NCBI GenBank assembly: GCA_965235115.1
Contig: OZ249436.1
Coordinates: forward strand, 20,214,001-20,278,000
DNA from: Laetmonice hystrix
Lineage: Eukaryota
Length of the DNA: 64,000 bases
Reading direction: 5' to 3'
The position numbers and the translations under genes were made by a program. Below, in pieces: positions 13,514-26,525 of the stretch; the first letter of the stretch is position 1; each line of letters begins with the position of its first letter. The notes under the pieces were generated by a model. The model searched no databases. It saw only the letters and a list, made by a program, of their open reading frames with translations, and was not told the DNA's origin.

Positions 13514-13853
13514 AGGTGCTATTCGTCTCGCACAGAATGGCATTTCTCCTATCATACATTGTGCACATAGTACTAGAAAAAATTCCTACCGATACCATTG
13601 GCCTGATAAACCTTCTATTAGTTTGTGCGCAGCATTTGAAACCTATCTCGGTGCGCACCGAGATAGAGCCATTTCCTATGGTGGGGCGTGTCAGGGTCTC
13701 CACAGGCCTTCTGAGAGAGCCCCATTTGTGCCGTTATCCATGAAAAGTTTTGATTTCCTTTGTTGTGAATCTATTTCCATGATAGGTGGGATCACATAAA
13801 CGTCAACAAAATTAATAATAAAAAAATTGAATTTTTGTTCACGAATGGCACCT
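13514..13853. mobile_element. Kolobok-like non-autonomous DNA transposon (TTAA TSD)
   Basis: TTAA|AGGTGCTATTCGT ... ACGAATGGCACCT|TTAA: 13-bp TIR with one mismatch. Confidence 0.75.
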
Positions 13854-14010
13854 TTAACACCTTGAGCAGCCACTAGCCACGAAATGCGCAGTCAGAACAA
13901 GATATCCTACCGTACCATAAGAACGAATATATCAGTATCTGTGTGTCTCGTCTGAAGTAGCATCTCCTAACTGGCTGTCATTAAGATGGATTGATTTGGA
14001 ATTTGTGTAA

Positions 14011-14162
14011 CCTCTAGACTATGGAATGGTTACTTTTGTTGGATAATGTATTAGTCAGATCAGTCGCCTGTAGCAAGTTCATCAATTATAACCCCCAGAC
14101 TATGAAATGGTTACTTTTTTTGGTTAATGTATTACTCAGATCAGTCGCCTGTAGCAAGTTCA
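14011..14162. repeat. Tandem duplication, 81-bp period, 2 copies
   Basis: AGACTATG(G/A)AATGGTTACTTTT...TCAGATCAGTCGCCTGTAGCAAGTTCA occurs twice. Confidence 0.9.
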
Positions 14163-14370
14163 CTAATTATGTATGATCGCACTGCACACATAAGTAAAAG
14201 CGTCACAGCTGTCTGTTCTTCTGTGTTGGGCTTTTTGTAGCAACATATGTCGAGTATATAGACATGATACAGGGCATCAATAAAAAGGCATAAATATTTC
14301 GCATGCGATTTTATCAATTCGTTTTATTAATGCCAATGAAAATAAACCACAGCATCTGAGCAGTATCAAA

Positions 14371-14397
14371 CAGCAGCAGCAGCAGCAGCAGCAGCAG
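14371..14397. repeat. (CAG)9 microsatellite
   Basis: Directly visible; no coding context around it. Confidence 0.95.
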
Positions 14398-15171
14398 CGG
14401 GTCCCTGCTGGTCATTCCGGCTCCTATAGTATCGCGGTGTTCTGGCCAGGGTTCACCTTACCACCTTTTTGTTGGTCACTCCCATTATACCGACTGGCTT
14501 TTATAGCCCTAGAAGCGCATCTGCATGCCCGTGAGAAGGGTCTTTATATAGAGTGTAGGAGACACGAGGAAATAAGGGAGTATTAGTATATCAGCAGTAT
14601 TGTAGAGAACAGTGTCCAGAAATCCTCATCACAATATACTGGAGTACCAACCAAACAGCTACCCCAACATAATATGGCATGATATTCGTTGCAAAATTCA
14701 ATAATAAATTATTTATATATTTGTATTCAATGTTGAAAATTATCTGCGATGTGAAATAAATATTGTAATGTTATATTCCATGATATATACATGTAATACG
14801 GAATGTTAGTATGTTCAATCCTTTCACATTTATGTATGGTAGGCCTCCAGAAATTATGAAGGCAGCGCCCTCTGTTAGCATTAAAAGGCATTGTCTGTCA
14901 ACAATCCGTATATCTGTACCAAAAGGTAGTTATAGATGAAAAGTACGGGTTTTATGTTGGGGGTTAAAACGGAGCAGCTTTAATAAGCCAAGCGCAAAAC
15001 CTCCACGCACTGTAATTAATCATGAACCAGGTTAAATGCATAAGTATGTGATAATTATTATCATGAGGGGCGAGGGGGCGTCTAAATGATCTTTAAAGAG
15101 ACGCTGTTGGTGAAGGGGTTACTGGTGGATGTGACAGCGTTTGTTAGTAGGTATGGTCAGGATTCAGCAAC

Positions 15172-16321
15172 TGTCTGGTTGGTCACCAAGACATTCATGG
15201 CCGAATCCCTTTGTCTCATTGGTAAGCAGGACATCCATGACTGGATCCCATTGTCTGATTGGTAAGCAGGACATCCATGGCTGGATCCCTTTGTCTCATT
15301 GGTAAGCAGGACATCCATGGCTGGATCCCATTGTCTGATTGGTAAGCAGGACATCCATGGCTGAATCCCATGGTCTGATTGGTAACCAGGACATCCATGG
15401 CTGAATCCCATTGTCTGACTGGTAACCAGGACATCAATGGCCGAACCCAATTGTCTGATTGATAACCAGGACATCCATGGTTGTATTCCATTGTCTGATT
15501 GGTAGCTAGGACACCCTTGGTTGAATCACATTGTCTGATTAGCAACCAGGACATCCGTGCGCGAATCCCATTGTCTGATTGGTAACCAGCACATCCATGG
15601 CTGAATCCCATTGTCTGATTGGTCACCAGGACATCCATGGTTGAATGCCATTGCCTGACTGGTAACCAGGACACCCATGGCTGAATCCCATTGTCTGATT
15701 GGTAACCAGGACATCCATGGCCGAATCGTCTGATTGGTAACCAGGACATCCATGGCCGAACCCCATTGTCTGATTGGTAACCAGGACATCTCTGGCTAAA
15801 TCCCATTGTCTGGTAACCAGGACATCCGTGGCCGAATCCCATTGTCTGATTGGTAAGCAATACGTCATTGGCTGAAGCCCATTGTCCGATTGGTAACCAG
15901 GACATTCATGGCCGAATCCCATTGTCTGATTGGTAACCAGAGCATCCATGGCTGAATCCCATGGTCTGATTGGTAACCAGGACATTCATGGCCGAATTCC
16001 ATTGTCTGATTGGTAACCAGGACATACGTGGCCGAATTCCATTGTTTGATTGGTAACCAGGATATCCATGGCTGAATCCCATTGTCTGGTTGGTAACCAG
16101 GACATCCATGGTTGTATTCCATTGTCTGATTGGTAATTAGGACATCCTTGGTTGAATCACATTGTCTGATTAGTAACCAGGACATCCATGGCCGAATCCC
16201 ATTGTCTGATTGGTCACCAGGACATCCGTGGCCGAATCCCATTGTCTGATTGGTAACCAAGATATCCATGGCTGAATCCCATTGTCTGATTGGTAACCAG
16301 GACATCCATGGCCGAATCCCA
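15172..16321. repeat. 40-bp minisatellite, about 29 copies
   Basis: Consensus TTGTCTGATTGGTAACCAGGACATCCATGGCTGAATCCCA; it accounts for all the repetitive minus-strand ORFs at 15157-16400. Confidence 0.97.
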
Positions 16322-18263
16322 TAACCCAAAACCTAAACCTCTCTATTGGTACAAGTTGGAGCCAACCTTGACACGAAAGCAAAAAGTAATCTTGACCCAT
16401 TTGTCTTCAAGCATGATACACTTTGCCCTTCATACAACCCTCTATTATAGCTCGTCGGGGGACAGTTAGAGCTTTTGGTGATTATCAATCTTCATAGTAC
16501 TGGAAGAGTTTGCAAATTGATTTGCGCTTGTGTTTGCCCAATTTTCGTTCTGCAGTGCATCAGTCGTTCCCATCAGGGAATAGCTGCGGAAGAGACCGAG
16601 AGATCCAGATCCAGCACAGACAGGTCTGCTCAAATCCCATCCACTGTCGGATAAGCTTGAAGCTAAAGTGGGATTATAGTCGCTGTTTTTCTTGAGGACT
16701 TCATGCAGAAAAAGAGCACACGGATCTTCTGGTATTTATTTCGACGCAACTACGTAAAACGGGAAAGAGGGGATGAGACAACAAAAAGATCTTTGAGAAA
16801 CGTATACTTAAGTATTGATGAAACGTCTCTACATAAAAGTAGATGGACGCTGCACATCAACTCTGTGCAGGTAGCGTCCACAAACTGTATAGGCATATGT
16901 ATTTATTCAATTTTGAGTTTGGAGAACAGACTGGCCTGCACAGCATAATTTAATATAATAACACCATTGGTTGCGAAGTTATCGAATTACTTATTAGACC
17001 AGTCACTAAGTCTTGCCAGGATAAAATGAAAATGAATTAATGGGGCAAGGGAACAGAGGTGAATCATATTCTGAATTAATTTGAATGAGATGTCGATTAT
17101 GGGCACGGCGGTAAATTCTGGAGCATATCTTATTGAAGAGAAAACATTTCCCGCTGTTCTGTTGGACGCCCACGTTTGTGGGATAAGTACTGGTAAGGGT
17201 TCTCTGAGTTCAGTTTCGTCCGTACGTGCATGCGTACTAGCTTCCAGGTGCCCTCGATAGAGAAGGCAGAGCCAATCAAAAGGCTCCGTGTCACGTAACT
17301 CTTCATACAAACCAGGAAGTGTTGGCAAGAGCGTGGGGCAGCGAGCGGAAGGACATGTTGATCGATCTGAGAAGAACAGATATAGGCTATGTATTCCTGA
17401 TCGGCCGTCCATATGTACTTTGCTATAAGACGTGCATGAGCAATGCCCTTGAAATGTTCGTTGTGAACACTTAACTTGCAGACAGCCTTATCGAGGGTGG
17501 TGCCGCAATATAGACATCTTCAGTGATCTCCATCCGCAACTTGATGGAAGAACCGCGACAATCTATCTGAGGTGCCGGTTTAGATATCAATAGTTGCAGG
17601 ACAAGGACATCTATTGGACATAGAATAGAAAGGATCGCCTTCTGCACTTGCACACAGATTTTCAACCCTCGAGACTATATATACCTCATATACATGCGAT
17701 TCAACCCTTGCAAAACGTGGATAATGTAAGTATTTAACGGGGAGGGTTGTTAACCCTCACATCTGCATATCAATTTGACATGCACAATGCGCGCGGGAGA
17801 CCTGTGATTTTGAAAGAAAATAATATTACTAAGGATTTGCGAATCACTCTCGGGTATTCTACACTGCTTTAAAAAAAACATTCGAAAAACGAAAATGTTA
17901 TAAACTGACAAGATATATTATCGTTGGGACGTGGCGGTTCATTGTTATAGGACAAAGATTGTCAAGGGACAAAGACTACATGGCGCCCTAACACTTTTGT
18001 GTTGCATCATCATTACGGCATTCTCAGGATTCCTTGCGGCGTTGTTGACTTTATTGAAGATATGTGATAGGCCAAAAAGCCGGCATTTCCCCCCAGTTAC
18101 GCTTATTCTGCCCAGTTTTAATGTTCACTTAGCACAAATGAACTCATTCAGTTCCTTGGATAAAAGTGTTGAAACGTACGCAGCAGTGCCTGATTGACAC
18201 AGGCTGAATATACGGATCATCATAATACTGAAGTACAGATTTCTTTATTCCCATGTACCTGCT

Positions 18264-18751
18264 CTGGGGAGGAGAGCGTAGCATTAGTCCGCTGTTCTAT
18301 ATGGTACAGGGTTTGTCTGGGGAGGAGAGCGCAGTATTATAGTCTGTTCGCTCTAAGAAGAGCTCGACCTCGGGCTCATTAAAACTCTGACCTGCCCCCC
18401 TCCTCCCGTCTACCCACAGCTGGCGTATCACAAGTCATTACCGCCTGTCATTCAAGAATATGACCAAGTTCCACGTGGTTCTGTATTACCTCAAATGAGG
18501 TAATAGCTTTAATGAGGCCGGGGTCGAGCTCTTCTTAGAGCGAACAGACTATAGGTGAGGCCGCTGTTCTATATGGTACAGGGTTTGTCTGGGGAGGAGA
18601 TCGTAGCATTAGGTGAGGCCGCTGTTCTATATGGTACAGGGTTTGTCTGGGGAGGAGAGCGCAGTAGTGAGGCCGCTGTTCTATATGGTACAGGGTTTGT
18701 CTGGGGAGGAGAGCGCAGTAGTGAGGCCGCTGTTCTATATGGTACAGGGTT
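18264..18751. repeat. 54-58-bp minisatellite (about 5 copies) interrupted by a MITE
   Basis: Unit GTGAGGCCGCTGTTCTATATGGTACAGGGTTTGTCTGGGGAGGAGAGCGCAGTA at 18555, 18613, 18667 and 18721 (partial), plus about 1.5 copies upstream of 18338. Confidence 0.92.
18340..18551. mobile_element. 212-bp MITE with ~44-bp TIRs and TA TSD
   Basis: TA|TAGTCTGTTCGCTCTAAGAAGAGCTCGACC..CTCATTAAA ... TTTAATGAG..GGTCGAGCTCTTCTTAGAGCGAACAGACTA|TA. Removing it plus one TA restores the minisatellite junction (..ATTAGGTGAGG). Confidence 0.9.
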
Positions 18752-19060
18752 TCAATAGAAAAACCGCCAACAAAGGCAAACTCGCTGTCCTTGCTATCCT
18801 GAGAGCGTCAGAGTGCTGCTAAGTCACGGAACACCGCTGCGCTGGCTGCCCTGATGGCAAAGGTAGTGTGTAGCAAACATTTCTGATTGAACAACACTGG
18901 AAACACCCCAGCAGAAAAATTGGCGGAAAATTACTTTTCTATAAGCAAACATTAAAAAAACCGTATTTCATGTTATTGACCGCAACGTATTGATGATCAA
19001 TGTGTCAAGTGCATTGCGTCACTGCACAGTTTCACGGACAGGAATGGGACGTGAGTGCTA

Positions 19061-19967
19061 ATACCCCCGTCACACTTATTCGGCATCAGCAGGAATCAAG
19101 CAGAACCAGCCGGAATTAAGAATTCTCAAAATTCGCGCCACATTCGGGAGGGAATTTCAAATTGACCAGAATTCTTACAGCTTTGTAAGAATGGCGTTCG
19201 AATACTTAGAATGCGCTTCGAACCCGCCTCAAATGATTCTTGTACATTCCGGGTTATTAGCTCAAATGTAGTTGGAACACAGGAGGAATATTTAGAATAT
19301 TGTTAGAATGCAGTCAGAATATTTAGAATGCACCTCGAATGCCGTACGAGTGCGGTTCGATTGCTGCCCGAATACCGCCCGATGTCTGGTTGGAAGGTGC
19401 CTCGAATGCTGTACGAATTCACCTCAAATGCAGTCAGAACGCTCCCGGAATGGCCACCGAGTATGGTTCGAACGTCCAAAAATTCAAACAGAATGCAACT
19501 CGAATACTTAGAATGCACTTCGAATGTACTTAGAATGTAACACGAATGTCCGAGTATAGATTCCGGCAGCAATCGAGATGCATTCGAGGTGCATTCCGGC
19601 TCATTCGAGGCCCATTCGGGACATTCTGGCAGGATTTGAAGTGGCTTGCCGTTTCGATTCTCCCTCGAATGCGATCAGAACGTTTCGAATGCTGTTGGAA
19701 TGCCGTAAGAATATTTAGAATGCAGTCAGAGTGCATTTAGAATACACTTCGAATGCCGTTCGATATTTTTCCCCTTCGAATGCACCTCGAAAGTTTTGAG
19801 CATGAGCAAAACATTCGGGCGGGCCACAAGAATGGGCCCGAATATTTGGAATGCACTCAGAATGCAGTCAGAACTTTTAGAATGCACTTCGAATATCCAG
19901 GAATATACCAAGAATTTTCATTCCGACAGCATTCTGGCTCATTCCGCCTCTAGTGTGACTAGGGTAT
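19061..19967. mobile_element. ~900-bp TIR element rich in GAATG/CATTC sub-repeats
   Basis: TA|ATACCCCCGTCACACT ... AGTGTGACTAGGGTAT|TA (14/16 TIR match). The interior is built of TTAGAATGCA / TCGAATG motifs in both orientations. Confidence 0.75.
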
Positions 19968-20066
19968 TACCAATGTCGCCAAAACAATGGAGAAGGGAGG
20001 GAGCATTTGCCGGAAGAAAGATGTTCGTACCCAGCTTATTGCATTCATCTTTTTGAACAGGGCTGT

Positions 20067-20230
20067 CAGAGCCGTATCTAGAAATGTCTGAGTGGGCCGC
20101 AGGAATTTAGAAGCTGAAGACGCGAAGCCTTCAGCGGGGGTCTGGGACCCCTCCTCCGGAAGAAAATGAAAATTCAAGTGCCATATATATACGCATTTCC
20201 CTGGCATCTGGCCCGCTAGCTACGGCCCTG
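20067..20230. mobile_element. MITE with CAG..CTG termini and imperfect 5-bp TSD
   Basis: GCTGT|CAGAGCCGTATCTAG ... CTAGCTACGGCCCTG|ACTGT. Confidence 0.65.
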
Positions 20231-20783
20231 ACTGTCAACATTTAAGAACTGGAATGCGAGAGACACCCACTCACCAAAAAATACTTTTAGACGAGCGTCG
20301 AAGGCGCGAAATGCGCGACTGTTGAAGATGAGCCTAGTTACTCAGAAAATTTTGAAATTTTACGGTGCATTTTGGAGCACAAAATAACTGTTTGAAGTTA
20401 GGGAGAGCTTGGACTATAGGGTGGGGGTCTACAGGGTAGGCCTACTCTGGGTCGTGAGTGCTTGCAACTTTTTGAAGTTAGGGGGACCTTGGGCTGTGGG
20501 GAGGGGAGGGGGTGCGTACGCACCCTGCGCACCCCCTGGCTACGGGCATGGGACCAGAGTTTAGGTCCGACAAATGAAACCATATCATCTGGTCCTGCAG
20601 TCACGGCCACAGCACCCTCAAGGGTATACACAGACACAACATGGTCGTCCGCGAGTCTCGTACTGAATGTGAGGTTGTCGTACGTGCGAGGCAGCTATTA
20701 CTTGGTCAGCAACCACAGTTCTTTTTACTTCACAAAAGCCAAGAATAATTCGACATTTGCGGCACTGAACCAAAACTGATTCA

Positions 20784-20893
20784 AGGCGACCACACAGTGG
20801 CCCGACTCGACTGCGACGCGAACCGACTGCCCACTGACAGTCGAGAGGAGTCTCATCGTATCTCATCGCAGTCGGGCCGAGGTGCGGTGGCCT
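20784..20893. mobile_element. Small decayed PIF/Harbinger-like MITE
   Basis: TCA|AGGCGACCACACAGTGGCCCGACT ... AGTCGGGCCGAGGTGCGGTGGCCT|TTA: imperfect TIR and imperfect TWA TSD. Confidence 0.55.
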
Positions 20894-23800
20894 TTACCGT
20901 CTACTAATTCGGTTCTGCATGCAAACGTGATCTTGACTTGAATATCGGCCCTACATTTAATTTATTTGTTTCAAAGGAGATGTCCAAGCTGATAAACGTC
21001 GTCTTACTACGACAGTATTAAGTATACATCTGGGTGAATGTGTGTGTGTGGACTTTACACAATGCCTAGATAATTACCACTTAGCTTCACGTATAGGCTC
21101 CCTATATATAGCCATTCTGGCAAAGCATGCTGAGCAGTGATCTTAGACCTTTCCGTTGCCTGTTTTTCATCAGACGAACCACTGACATACCGTATACCAC
21201 CTTTTATATTATATGACCAATTTTGGAAGACCTTGTTTGCGATACAAGGCAAGTATAATTATTGTCGAATGTCAAGGTCACCGTTGTCGTGAGCGGAAGA
21301 ACGAACGAATTTATAGGATCTTCAGAACACAACGCCACATCGTGGGCGGGACAGCATAATCAGCATTTTCATCTGTGATATCAGCAGCAAAACCACAGTT
21401 GCAGTCTCTAGAAAATTAGGTAGTCTTCTGAGCGAACCTAGGTATAATTCCATTTGAACTCGAAGATAAGTCACTAAAATATTCTTTTAGGAGAACGTAG
21501 GGAGGGCTTCTTACAGACGACCGTACGTTTGTGGCTTCAATATGCTGCTTAAATTCTAGTTATACATCAGTCCTGTTAAAAGTATGCAAGGACTGTGCGG
21601 AAAAAGGCGGGTAGGGCCTAATCCATATTGCATGGTCTCAGACGCGACACTGGCTGTGACTAAAAAAGAGAGCTATCGTTGTGGACACCCCCCCCCCCTT
21701 TATTGATTGTAGCATTTGTCCGGTTGTATAGAGTCGAGTTTGTAGCGGAAAATAGCTCTCTAGTATATAGTATAAGATTTCGGTAACATAGGCCTTAGCC
21801 TTATGGAGTGCCTCCTATTCCTAAAAATGTACATGCGACGGAGATACATGAAGATAGTAAGGTGGCTGGGAAAGGACATCACAATTATTTTTCCAGTTTG
21901 TTCCTGTATTTATGCAACACCACCGTAAAACGTATACCCCATGGGCACTGCTGTGGGGCAAGTTATATGAGGTCGATGGGTCTGCGTAATACTTCGTAAT
22001 AAGTCGTAAGAGGTGTACACCCTATACGAACACCCAGAGGAGACATGTTAAGACTTTTTTGCGAACTGTTACATATACATGCGACATTCATCTTTGGATG
22101 ATAGTTCGGTTTTTGTTCTTTTTTTCCTTGTCCCCCATGCGTTTCTATGTTTACGGTCGTACTATATCGTGATGTATACTTAGAATCATCTCCAATACCA
22201 CTTTTATAACCTAATTTATATTCCTGTCCAAGAAGGTATGAAGTTAATTTGGGGCATTCAGAACACAGATTTAATTAGTTTAATAGACGGATACGAGTCT
22301 ACACGGAGTCGGGTGGCCGTTTTTTTTAATTTTGCAGGTATGGTTTGCTGTAGTATATTAAATAAGGTTTCTAGAATTTCAGCGTACACAAATATATTGT
22401 ATTATGTATTGTGATCTTTGTATACTGCGGCTAACAGCACAACATTTGAACACCATCAAAACTCACACACCCGGAGTCCGGCGTGCTGTGCCACCATATA
22501 CATTTACTGTGAAGATGTTATGCAAACAAGAGTATACATCTATTCACTTAGAGATAAGACAATAACTTGTATATCAAAGAGAGGCGCAGTAATAATTCCA
22601 TAATTTCTTGACTGCTTTTCAAAATGGTCACCACTGCGGCCCTGTAATAAAAAAAAATCGAAGAAGAACTGATCACCTGTGATGCTCAGAAGTGATTGCT
22701 TCTCCATTTTTTTGTAACCTTGTAAGATGATAGATGGTTTGTGTGTCTTTACGGCAATTATACATGAGAATCTGTATCCTTTGTTGTGAGAATATGACAC
22801 CCCGGGAGGAGGTCATGCACATTATAAAGTGTTATTAACCTCACATATTCTTGTCGCGAAGATGGCCAACAGTTGTGGATGATTTAAGTCAACCAGCGAG
22901 TGAATCGGTGGGGTTCCCCTCGTAGACAGTATTTCAAAATGTAGCGTTTTTACCTTGAGCAGTCGACTGGGCATAACTAGTCCCCTGAATGACAGGAGGA
23001 CCAATGAATGAAATAATACTGAGACGCAGGGATTCTGTAATCCACACAAAGCTCTTCCATTCACCACACCAGTCCTATCGTTGTAATTATCCCATATTAC
23101 GAATATGCAGCAAGGGGTGACCAGGACAGCGAATATTGTCCCAGATATATATGCACATATTCTACATGTAGGCAGTGACCTCCCTACTTTACAAGTTAGT
23201 CTCAAAGATAACTTATTCTCGAGACTAACTATGTCCTTGCAGTCAGCAACCAGCCGTTCCTTCCTGGGAAATGTCCGTTATTCTAGGAGTCCTCTCGTGG
23301 AGGCGTACGTTATCCAGATCGATTTTCGATACATAATATTGCAGTGAAGTGCCCATTAATTTAATTCCAATGAATTATACGGGGACATCGTATGAGCGAA
23401 CAGCAAGGTTAAAGGACAAGAACAGGTGTATGTACAAAAACTGGCCGTATTTTAAACGTTGAAGTTGTGGAAAGAGTTAATAATGTACGATTCACAATTT
23501 ATGCGCGACCGGTTCAGAGGCGGGTTTTAGTGGCCGTCCACGACGTTAGGAGTGCACAGTCTCCTAGGACATACAGATAATGTAGGCAGTGTGGAGAATT
23601 ATAGAAGGTCCACGCACTTCGTAACCTCTTTTATATAGTGATGACAAGATAACACTTTCCAATGTTGAAATCTAGCCTAATGCAATTATGCATTAGGCAT
23701 GTTGATAGGCCCAACAGGGGTGAACCAGCTTTCAGAAAAAAAGAAGAAAGAATACTTCGTAAGGGGGGCAACCCCTTAACCCCCTCCCCCTGGATCCGCC

Positions 23801-25100
23801 ACTGCCTAAATGGTTTTATGGTCAAACAAGATGTTCCAATATAGTTTTTTTACACGAACATTATATTGGTTTTTAGAAGTAGGTGTACTCTATTAAACTA
23901 TGTGTGTCACCTGTATATTGTGTATTGTGTATAGTATAGAAATGACTTTTCTTGGTAGTAAGTTCAAGATCAACATAATGTTGACATATAACCTCGTTCC
24001 TTTAATCACAGAATTCATGACCCTGACTAACCGATCCCTGATCCCTCTATCATTCAGACAATATCATTCTCATAATGCACACCCATATCCTGATCAGCTG
24101 GATATGTGAAGCCCACGTAGATAATACAATGATATAAATATACTTTCATATACTTTTCATCCAATTTTTGGAGTGACCTCCCTATTAATGGCAATATCCA
24201 ATATTTATTCCCCCACTTACTTGTCCTATTCCAGAAGTGGCCGAAAATTGTCTAAGTCTAAAAAGGTACTACATTGGTCGGAGGTAACAACAGATAACAG
24301 TGCCTATTATAGGGCACAATTTCCTAAAGTAAAGACACCGCAACATAATGCGGGCCCATAAGGACATGCTGAGCTGTTACATCAGTAATTCAGACGGTCC
24401 CATGGCTGTTCCATCCATTGCTCTCCGACCCATTCAGTATTATAAGGATTTCTGAATTTTATGCGTTCGGGAATTGGACATGTAAGTGGGCGACTAATTT
24501 CACCCAGGCCGACTAGGTCTATACATGTGTTACCAATGTAAAACTATTTGCAGAGATGTACAACATTGTGTTTGGCGACAAGTTTCCTCAACTGGTGCAG
24601 TGAGGCCGTCATGAACATTTCAGATTCCAGAAATTGTTAAGTCCGAGTTGGCATATATTCAGAAGTGACATGCATTATGATAGCTTGAGAGAGCGTTAGA
24701 TAGTTAAATCGGTTAATGTCACTGAATTTATCGTTTTGACTCGCAAAATATTCGGTTTGTAAGGTCACGAATAACGAGCAATTACTTTCAAATTTGATTT
24801 TCCTGTCAATTAAACAGCCTCGCTCCTTTTATTATTCAAAGAATTTCTCCTGCATGGGGACAAAAGAATCCTAGCCGTCTTATAGACAGCGAGCCACTTA
24901 AACACTAGTACTGACATAACGAGCAACTTGTTTTATTATTTCGGCCTTTCCTGACTTGTTGGAAAAGGTCTACTTATGTACACGACAGACAGTGTTTCGC
25001 ATGTAAAATGTCTTCATGCCGTCCTGTCATGAGCAGAAGAACATTGTACGAGGTACATACGAGGTGAGAGAGCCGCTTTCAACAAATTAAGAAGTCGCCG

Positions 25101-25500
25101 AAAAGGTAAAGAAGCTAGGGAAGATGTACAGGGAGGCAGACGATGATAATAAAAGGTAAAGAAGCTAGGGAAGATGTACAGGGAGGCAGACGATGATAAT
25201 AAAAGGTAAAGAAGCTAGGGAAGATGTACAGGGAGGCAGACGATGATAATAAAAGGTAAAGAAGCTAGGGAAGATGTACAGGGAGGCAGACGATGATAAT
25301 AAAAGGTAAAGAAGCTAGGGAAGATGTACAGGGAGGCAGACGATGATAATAAAAGGTAAAGAAGCTAGGGAAGATGTACAGGGAGGTAGACGATGATAAT
25401 AAAAGGTAAAGAAGCTAGGGAAGATGTACAGGGAGGCAGACGATGATAATAAAAGGTAAAGAAGCTAAGGAAGATGTACAGGGAGGCAGACGATGATAAT
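25101..25500. repeat. 50-bp purine-rich minisatellite, 8 copies
   Basis: AAAAGGTAAAGAAGCTAGGGAAGATGTACAGGGAGGCAGACGATGATAAT x8, only two substitutions seen. Confidence 0.98.
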
Positions 25501-25924
25501 TTGTCATAATAAAACTATCCGGAATCCATTTGTTAAAAATCTTATTGCGTTCATAAAATGTGTAACGTATTACAAGGGGTTGTTGCAATCGTGTACAGGG
25601 ACTATTGTAAGTCAAGAATTAACTCCTTTGTATCTCTGTAATCTATGTAATTGAAAAGTTTACAGTGATGCCTTTCCTTTATTTTGGGCGTCTACTTTCT
25701 CTTGACGTGGCATTGATAACTACAGCTGGCTTGAGTGTATTTGTATAATGCAGCTGTATAATTCACTGTTTAAGGGAGACGTTGAGAATACCATAAAAGT
25801 ATTTTTCCAGCTATTACGGGGCACAATTTCCTAGAGCAAAGACACCGCAACATAATGCGGGCCCATAATTTATGACTAAACTCGACAATACCTTTTGCCA
25901 CCTGCGACGAAAGCGCACTATTGT

Positions 25925-26525
25925 CAGGCCCGTAGCCAGCTATCCAGAGGGGGTGGTTCGTTGGAGGGCCAAATGGGGACCGACAGGAAGCCCGGCGTCG
26001 GGGGGCCAGAGGGAAATTGAACAGCGCAAACATACGCAGGGGTCCCGGGGACCTCACCCAGGAAATTTTTGATTTTAGAAGGCAATCCCCCTGCTATTTT
26101 CTGGCATTTCGAGATATATATAAATTGTGAAGTTTCTCAAAGCATTTCGGCCTATAGTTAGCAGGGGCGGATCCAGCTTTTTCAAGTAGGAGGGGGGTCC
26201 AACGTTTTTAGGGGCGCCGAAGGCTCGAAGTCTGCGAGCGCTGAAGGCGCGAATCCTTGCTAGGGGGGTCCAGGGGCATGCCCCCGGAAAATGTTGAAAT
26301 TCAAGGTGTAATTTGGTGAAATCTGATGCATTTTGGAGCACAAAATAAGCTATTCAATGACCAGTGTCCGAATTCATGATTGGCAGGAAGGGCGCCATGA
26401 AATTTTAGAGGGGGTCAATAACATGTGCAGTGAGACCGCAGAAAAGTTTTGAAATCAGAAGGCAAAAGAACACGATTTCCTGGCATCGGGAGATAGAATT
26501 TCTGAAGTTCCTCAAAGCATTTAGA
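25925..26525. mobile_element. Cluster of CAGG-terminus MITE fragments
   Basis: Two 5' termini (CAGGCCCGTAGCCAG at 25925; CAGGGGCGGATCCAG at 26162). An internal segment at ~26065-26150 repeats at ~26445-26522. TGCATTTTGGAGCACAAAATAA is shared with ~20367-20388. No matching 3' ends were identified. Confidence 0.55.

Noticed and set aside
15157..16400. Long repetitive ORFs up to 229 aa
   Set aside because: Products of the 40-bp minisatellite cycling through three frames.
16987..17412. 141-aa minus-strand ORF
   Set aside because: No recognisable motif or splice context; length is compatible with chance.
22822..23205. 127-aa ORF with a hydrophobic stretch
   Set aside because: Non-ATG start, no family motif, no supporting exon structure.
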